Origin: a virus
Taxonomy: Duplodnaviria; Caudoviricetes
Reading direction: 5' to 3' (one strand)
DNA: 64,000 nucleotides
IMG/VR virus record: IMGVR_UViG_3300028797_000159
Location: 1 to 64,000 of that record
Made by a program: the position numbers and the translations under genes. Of this stretch, positions 58,526 through 64,000 are shown piece by piece. The notes under the pieces are model-generated. The model saw only the letters and a program-made list of their open reading frames with translations, had not been told where the DNA came from and did no database searches. Each line of letters opens with the position of its first letter. Positions within the stretch are counted from its first letter, which is position 1.

Positions 58526-59293
58526 ATGAATCTAGGTGACCGCATGAAACAATATGAGTCAGTTAGTAAAACAGGTCTTATTCATAGAATGCCTGTTATT
58601 ATTAGATTAGACGGCTGCCATTTTCATACATTCACTAAAGGATTTGAAAAGCCATTTGATGAAATTTTAATGTCTTCAATGATGAAGACAATGAAATGTT
58701 TGTGCTCAAATATTCAAGGCTGTGTGTTTGGATATACTGAGTCTGATGAAATTTCATTGGTCCTTATTGATTATAAGAAGCTTAATTCATCAGCGTGGTA
58801 TGATAATGAAGTTCAGAAAATATGCTCAGTTGCAGCTTCGCTATGTACTTTAGCATTTAACCGTATATTTAGAGCAGAAGTTCATAGCCATGTTCCTGAG
58901 TATTTTAACGATAAAGAAAAAGGAAAGTGCCTATCAGCATATAACAAAGCATTAGAGTGTGGCGCGACATTTGACTGTAGAGCCTTCAATCTCCCTAAAG
59001 AAGAGGTATGTAATTATTTCATTTGGAGACAGCAGGACGCTACAAGAAACTCTATACAATCATTAGCGCAGTCTAAATTTTCGCATAAAGAGCTTCAAGG
59101 TTTATCATGTGATAAATTGCAGGACAAACTATTTAATGAATGTGGAATTAATTGGAATGATTTAGAAACTTTCAAAAAGCGTGGCACATCTTGTTTTAAT
59201 ACAGGTAGTGATTGGACTGTTGATTTGAATATGCCAATTCTAACTCAAGATAGAGATTACATTAATAAACACATATTTATTGAGTGCGAATAA
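58526..59293 (+). CDS. thg1: tRNA(His) guanylyltransferase / Thg1-like protein
   Basis: RMKQYE, IIRLDGCHFHTFT, YTESDEIS, FDCR, WRQQDATRNSI. Confidence 0.92.
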   Translation: MNLGDRMKQYESVSKTGLIHRMPVIIRLDGCHFHTFTKGFEKPFDEILMSSMMKTMKCLCSNIQGCVFGYTESDEISLVLIDYKKLNSSAWYDNEVQKICSVAASLCTLAFNRIFRAEVHSHVPEYFNDKEKGKCLSAYNKALECGATFDCRAFNLPKEEVCNYFIWRQQDATRNSIQSLAQSKFSHKELQGLSCDKLQDKLFNECGINWNDLETFKKRGTSCFNTGSDWTVDLNMPILTQDRDYINKHIFIECE

Positions 59294-59297
59294 TATT

Positions 59298-59328
59298 AAA
59301 TCCCATATAGTTAACTATATGGGATTTT
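59298..59328 (+). terminator. intrinsic terminator, identical to 49990-50020
   Basis: aaatcccatatagttaactatatgggatttt. Confidence 0.8.
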
Positions 59329-59332
59329 TATT

Positions 59333-59451
59333 TTGTATCAGATAATGAATCGAAAATCCCTGATACAAAATGATGAATTTTTTCTATTTACAAACCACTT
59401 GACTTGTAGTATAATATACTTACAAAATAAATGGGAATGGGTCTCATTCAG
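59333..59451 (+). promoter_or_regulatory. repeat cassette copy 25
   Basis: -35 59387; -10 59410. Confidence 0.88.
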
Positions 59452-59468
59452 TGACTAGGAGATATGTT

Positions 59469-59921
59469 ATGCTTAATATTTATTTTGGTGATATTCCTGA
59501 GTCCTTAAAAGATAAATACATTTTTGACACTAAAACTTATTTTAATAATACTTATATGGATGAATAGATTATTGAACAAACATCAAAAGAAATTATTAAA
59601 GCTATTGATAAATCAGATGTTATTGATTCACGTGCTATAAAAAGTTCTGTATTTGGAATTATAGACCCTAAAAAATTATCTACTGGAACAAAGACAGTAT
59701 TGCTTATTATGCATGATAATAGCAAAATATTTAATGCATCTATGTGTGGTGATAATTGTGCAAAATGGATATTAGAATTTGCAAGTCATAATGGTGTTAC
59801 TATTAGTCTTCATCATTTAATGGACTTTGGTAAAGGCGAATTTAAAATTAACATTTTAAATGTTAATAAAATTGTAACAAATATGGGCGACCTTGTTTGG
59901 GAAGCTGGTGAGTTTGTATAA
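59469..59921 (+). pseudogene. DUF4869-like gene with in-frame TAG at 59565
   Basis: MLNIYFGD...YMDE*I...LSTGTKT...FNASMCGDNCAKWILE. Confidence 0.7.
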
Positions 59922-60046
59922 TAAAGCTATCATGTTAAGCAATATATTGCTTAACATGATTAATTTAAAATTATTAGTTGTTAAGATAAAATAAATATTA
60001 TTGAATAGAATTTACACATCATATTTATATAATCATAATAGTTATT

Positions 60047-60484
60047 ATGACAAGGATTAATTTATCTATACCAGTTAATAATTTAACTGATGAACATCTT
60101 TTAGCGGAACATCGTGAAATTAAACGTTTACCTTCCTGTTTACAAAAAGCAATATTATCTGGTAGTATAAATAATATTCCTAGTAAATTTTGTTTAGGTA
60201 AAGGACATGTTTTATTTTTCTTAAATAAAATGTCATTTGTCTTTAACAGATATAAAGAAATTCATAATGAATGTTTAAATAGACATTTTAATGTAAGTGA
60301 TTATTCATCTAATTTTCTAAATATAGATGTATGCTATAATAATGATTATATTCCTAATTCTGATGATAAACAATTATTGCAACAACGTATAATTGACAGA
60401 GTACTTAATGGTAAATGTAATAATTATCATTATTATGGTAAATCTATAACAAAAGAACAAGCATGCAGTTTATTATTTAAATAA
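60047..60484 (+). CDS. denV: pyrimidine dimer glycosylase (T4 endonuclease V)
   Basis: MTRIN...LTDEHLLAEHREIKR...FCLGKGHVLFF. Confidence 0.93.
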   Translation: MTRINLSIPVNNLTDEHLLAEHREIKRLPSCLQKAILSGSINNIPSKFCLGKGHVLFFLNKMSFVFNRYKEIHNECLNRHFNVSDYSSNFLNIDVCYNNDYIPNSDDKQLLQQRIIDRVLNGKCNNYHYYGKSITKEQACSLLFK

Positions 60485-60554
60485 TGTTATATTTCAATGT
60501 ATATAATAATTATTTATTAGTATCAAATATTTATTTTACATTTATAGGTTTATT

Positions 60555-60965
60555 ATGCATCAAAATTATTATGAATTATCAAATGGTAAACAGGCTGTAG
60601 ACTACATTTATTTAGGTTGTCTTGGGTTTTCATATGGGAATGCTTTTAAGTATCTTGTACGTGCATCAAGAAAACCAGGAAATTCAGCAGAATCTGATTT
60701 AAATAAAGCACTTACGTATATTACATCGTCAGACAGGGAATACTCATTTATTATTAGACTGTTATTACGAATCCGTAATTGGTTTGTATTTAATCATGCA
60801 TATTCGTTTAATGAACATCATATTAAGCATATTTTAAAAGCTATTATCAATTTTGAAAAACCTACTAAAATAGCAACTATGATTGTTAAATATATGCAAG
60901 ATAGGGGAATTATAGTAAATGATGAATTCAAACAATACGCACCCAGCACCAAAAATATTCCCTAA
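60555..60965 (+). CDS. DUF3310-like protein
   Basis: HQNYY...QAVDYI...FSYGNAFKYLVRA..K...DLNKA. Confidence 0.7.
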   Translation: MHQNYYELSNGKQAVDYIYLGCLGFSYGNAFKYLVRASRKPGNSAESDLNKALTYITSSDREYSFIIRLLLRIRNWFVFNHAYSFNEHHIKHILKAIINFEKPTKIATMIVKYMQDRGIIVNDEFKQYAPSTKNIP

Positions 60966-61485
60966 GTTATTTATAGGAAGTGCTGCAAAAGCGTTTACAC
61001 AGTTTATAAAACGCAATAGTTTTGAATATACAATTAATTATATTCAATCACGTGAAGATTTAATTTCTTTAATAGACACATATAGCCAGTATAAAAATTA
61101 TAATTTACCAATTATAATTAGTGACATTTCATATTTAAGTCATGCTGATCAATCTTTACTTTTGAAATTCATGGAAGATACTAATTTAAAAATTATTTTA
61201 CTCGCAAGTCGAGATAATATATTAAATACAATAATTTCAAGGGTAAAGGAATTTAGAAAATATTATGCCGATTTTCGTGACATTAATTTTATGTCTATTT
61301 CAAAAGCGCGTGAAGAATGTAAGAATGTATTAAATACATTAGATGCTGATTCTTCTATTGAAGATAAACTTATTGTATATAATAAATTTAACCCAGTATT
61401 AGGATATATGAATTCATTAGTTAGTAAAAGATCATTTAATGATAGGGAAAAATTATTAAACTTGTTGGAATTTAATAATGAATGA
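60919..61485 (+). CDS. possible clamp-loader/AAA+ small subunit-like protein
   Basis: ALLKFMED-like LLLKFMED...IILLAS..NILNTIISR (sensor/SRC-like). Confidence 0.5.
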   Translation: MMNSNNTHPAPKIFPKLFIGSAAKAFTQFIKRNSFEYTINYIQSREDLISLIDTYSQYKNYNLPIIISDISYLSHADQSLLLKFMEDTNLKIILLASRDNILNTIISRVKEFRKYYADFRDINFMSISKAREECKNVLNTLDADSSIEDKLIVYNKFNPVLGYMNSLVSKRSFNDREKLLNLLEFNNE

Positions 61486-62182
61486 TAAATTATTATTAAA
61501 GAAAAGCGTAAATATTTCTAATATTGAATTTTTACAATTTTTACATCCTAATTTTGATCTTGTTAAAGACATTAATGAATATGATAATCCATTTCCTAAT
61601 GGCATTATTTATGTTGGTCCTAGTATAAATAATTTGCATGATAAATTAAATTCATTTACACCAAACTGGATTATTGTTAATAATCATATATTTGATGTTG
61701 ATTTATCAACCAATGATGGTTTATTAAAAAATATACTACCTTTACAATATGCAAAACTAAATAAATTGTCAAAGGATAATAATCCAGCGTATAAACGTAT
61801 TGCTTATGATCTTTTAATTGAGAAGATTAAAATTTGTTTAATTGATGGGTCCCAACTCACATTTTGTGAAGATGAACGACAGTCAATGTTTAATTTATTT
61901 AAAGCAATATTATTACCACCAAGTAACTTTGAATCAGTCTTTTTTACAACTGTTAATAAAGATAATATAAATATTGCAACATCTTCAATGTTAACATATT
62001 TAAATAATGTACAATATAAAATTTTACCAAAAGATAATATATACTATGCTAATCTGATTTTAGAATCAAATAGACGATATGGTAAACATATAAAATCAGG
62101 TATACGTAAATATGTTACTTCAAAAGCAAATAGTGAAATAGCTTTGTTTCAGTTACTTTCTTATTTAAATAGGACAAGATAA
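61478..62182 (+). CDS. hypothetical protein
   Basis: Translationally coupled ORF. Confidence 0.65.
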   Translation: MNDKLLLKKSVNISNIEFLQFLHPNFDLVKDINEYDNPFPNGIIYVGPSINNLHDKLNSFTPNWIIVNNHIFDVDLSTNDGLLKNILPLQYAKLNKLSKDNNPAYKRIAYDLLIEKIKICLIDGSQLTFCEDERQSMFNLFKAILLPPSNFESVFFTTVNKDNINIATSSMLTYLNNVQYKILPKDNIYYANLILESNRRYGKHIKSGIRKYVTSKANSEIALFQLLSYLNRTR

Positions 62183-62625
62183 TGGCTACACAATCAGGAC
62201 AAAGTCAACTACCTAAATTATATAATTATATTAAATCATTAATTGAATCAATGGAAGTTATACCTACAGCTGAATCACTGCCATCGTATGCACAATTAAA
62301 AGAATCACCAAATAAATTCTTTGAATTATTTTCTGAAGCTGTATATAAATATAATGTTATTTGTGATACACTACAAAAGCTTCAACATGCAAATGCAATG
62401 ATAGTTAAAATATTAAATGATCTTATGTCACCTGATTGTAGGGAATCATTTAATGTTAAAAATTTATATTTGAAAAATTTTCAACAAGTTAAATCTGAAT
62501 GTGTTGCACTTATTGCATGTTATGAAACTGCAAAATCTTCATCTGAAACAATTGTAAAATTCTTCAATTCAGCACAATACACAATTACATCTGGAAAATT
62601 TGACAGTACTTCAGCTAATTATTAA
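62182..62625 (+). CDS. hypothetical protein
   Basis: TAATG stop-start overlap. Confidence 0.65.
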   Translation: MATQSGQSQLPKLYNYIKSLIESMEVIPTAESLPSYAQLKESPNKFFELFSEAVYKYNVICDTLQKLQHANAMIVKILNDLMSPDCRESFNVKNLYLKNFQQVKSECVALIACYETAKSSSETIVKFFNSAQYTITSGKFDSTSANY

Positions 62626-62637
62626 TAGGTTACTATT

Positions 62638-62886
62638 ATGCATTGGAATATATTAAAAAATGTGCTTCCACAAAATGGACAATCTTGTATTGTGAAAAGA
62701 TTTAAAAATAATTCTTTACATTATGCAATTTGTACATTTATGCATTTTGGTACAGAATATATTTGGATTACATCAAAACATTCAAAGATAACTTGTGATT
62801 TTAGTGATAAATGGTATGCTGTTGATAGCATGATTGATAATATTGAACAACGATTAGCTGCTGAAATTCAATCAGCTTTTGATTGA
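62638..62886 (+). CDS. hypothetical protein (DUF551-like)
   Basis: MHW....LPQNGQ. Confidence 0.45.
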   Translation: MHWNILKNVLPQNGQSCIVKRFKNNSLHYAICTFMHFGTEYIWITSKHSKITCDFSDKWYAVDSMIDNIEQRLAAEIQSAFD

Positions 62887-62994
62887 AAATATCTAATTAT
62901 AGTTAATAATTAATAGTTATTAATGTATATTATATTTATCGACCAGGATCACGTATCCATTGTCTAACAACTAAATTTATAAAGGAAAAAAATT

Positions 62995-63699
62995 ATGGCA
63001 AATGAACTCGACGTTATGAACACTAATTCTGCACTTGCTACTGGTAAACCTTCATTCTCACTTAAATCGTTGAACCTTGCTGCAAAATGTCCAGCAGTTG
63101 TTGTTGCATCAACAGGTGCAAAGCTTTCAAAATATGCATTTCCAAAAATTAAATTTGAAGAAGGTCGACGTTGCAGACTATCAATTTTAACTGAAGATGT
63201 TATTATGATTCGTCTTCATTATCATCCTGAAATTGGTAGCATTATTTGTGATGGAACAGCATGTTGTAAATACTGTGATAAAGTAAGTATTAAATATTGC
63301 TATCCTTGTGTTGTGTATGAAACTGATAATGCAGGGCGCCCAACGTCAACAAAAGTAGAAATTAAGCTACTAACACTTGGTGGTGAAATGTATGATCAGA
63401 TTTCACTACTTTCAGAGATTGGCGGATCAATCACAAATATGGATCTTCTGTTCTCATGTACGTCTACGCAATATCAAAAATGCCAGGTAACTCAAGCGGG
63501 ACCTGCACAGTGGATGAATAATCCTGATATTGTAAAATATGTAACTGATTATATGTCAACAAACAGTGAAAAGATTTTAGACTCACTTGGTAAGACCTAT
63601 ACAGCTGAAGAATTCAATGCTAAGCTGGGTGATCCAAATGCTTCTACTGAACAGCATTGTATATCAGCAGCAGACCTTGCGTCAGTATATAATGTATAA
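62995..63699 (+). CDS. possible Zn-binding ssDNA-binding protein
   Basis: HYH...C....CC..C cluster; follows replication-like genes; weak inference. Confidence 0.4.
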   Translation: MANELDVMNTNSALATGKPSFSLKSLNLAAKCPAVVVASTGAKLSKYAFPKIKFEEGRRCRLSILTEDVIMIRLHYHPEIGSIICDGTACCKYCDKVSIKYCYPCVVYETDNAGRPTSTKVEIKLLTLGGEMYDQISLLSEIGGSITNMDLLFSCTSTQYQKCQVTQAGPAQWMNNPDIVKYVTDYMSTNSEKILDSLGKTYTAEEFNAKLGDPNASTEQHCISAADLASVYNV

Positions 63700-63797
63700 T
63701 TAAATTAATGGGAATGAATTAATTCATTCCCATTTTTTGTATATGCTTATGAATAAGTTAAAATCTTTAAAAGAAATAATATATTAATACATTTACT

Positions 63798-64000
63798 ATG
63801 GCAAAACATTATTATAAAAATCCAAAACATCAAGAAAAAGCAGCATCAAAAATTTTTGATGCTGAGTCTACAGATTTATCATATATTTCAAATGATAAAC
63901 ATTTGCTGTATAGACATGTGATATTTATTAATAAATGCAGATATCATACATGTATTAATTATAAACGATTTACTGTACCTGAAGGTAGATTAGCTGGCCA
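63798..64000 (+). CDS. partial hypothetical protein
   Basis: Frame open to the window end. Confidence 0.5.
   Translation, partial: MAKHYYKNPKHQEKAASKIFDAESTDLSYISNDKHLLYRHVIFINKCRYHTCINYKRFTVPEGRLAG

Noticed and set aside
1382-59451. Cassette repeats as a CRISPR array
   Set aside because: Copies are dispersed hundreds to thousands of bp apart, separated by whole genes, and contain promoters; no cas genes are seen.
2990-59921. Genome-wide stop-codon recoding (TAG or TGA)
   Set aside because: Only two in-frame stops were found. TAG and TGA terminate many intact genes (e.g. 49501, 33780, 58474), and no suppressor tRNA is present.
1904-60834. Short minus-strand and nested ORFs in the track (e.g. 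1904, 12923, 18937, 45869, 46185, 56226)
   Set aside because: They are shadows of well-supported genes or tRNAs, with no RBS or motifs.

Overview
A 64-kb, strongly AT-rich, almost entirely plus-strand segment of a large lytic-type bacteriophage genome, read in standard genetic code 11. It contains: nucleotide metabolism and DNA modification genes (ThyX, dUTPase, two P-loop kinases, a T4 gp42-like dCMP hydroxymethylase, an aGPT-Pplase/5-hmdU-kinase-family protein); RNA repair genes (Rnl1-type ligase, RtcB, Thg1); an ATP-dependent DNA ligase; DenV; a type IIG-like R-M fusion; two amidoligases plus a class II glutamine amidotransferase; an ADP-ribosyltransferase-fold protein; cell-wall enzymes; a trypsin-like lipoprotein; five HNH or other free-standing endonucleases; and a 7-tRNA cluster in which a tRNA-Ile(UAU) carries a group I intron. 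The dominant unexplained structure is a ~120-170 bp non-coding cassette that I count 25 times by eye, always on the plus strand. It consists of phased TGTATC/GATACA inverted half-sites around AAAATCCCT, a sigma70 promoter (TTTACA-17 nt-TATAAT/TACAAT) and a 5' leader hairpin. One copy has its hairpin exactly inverted, which suggests DNA-level recombination. All annotation is by eye from motifs; no searches were run, and many ORF starts were corrected because the ORF track extends into the cassette hairpin.
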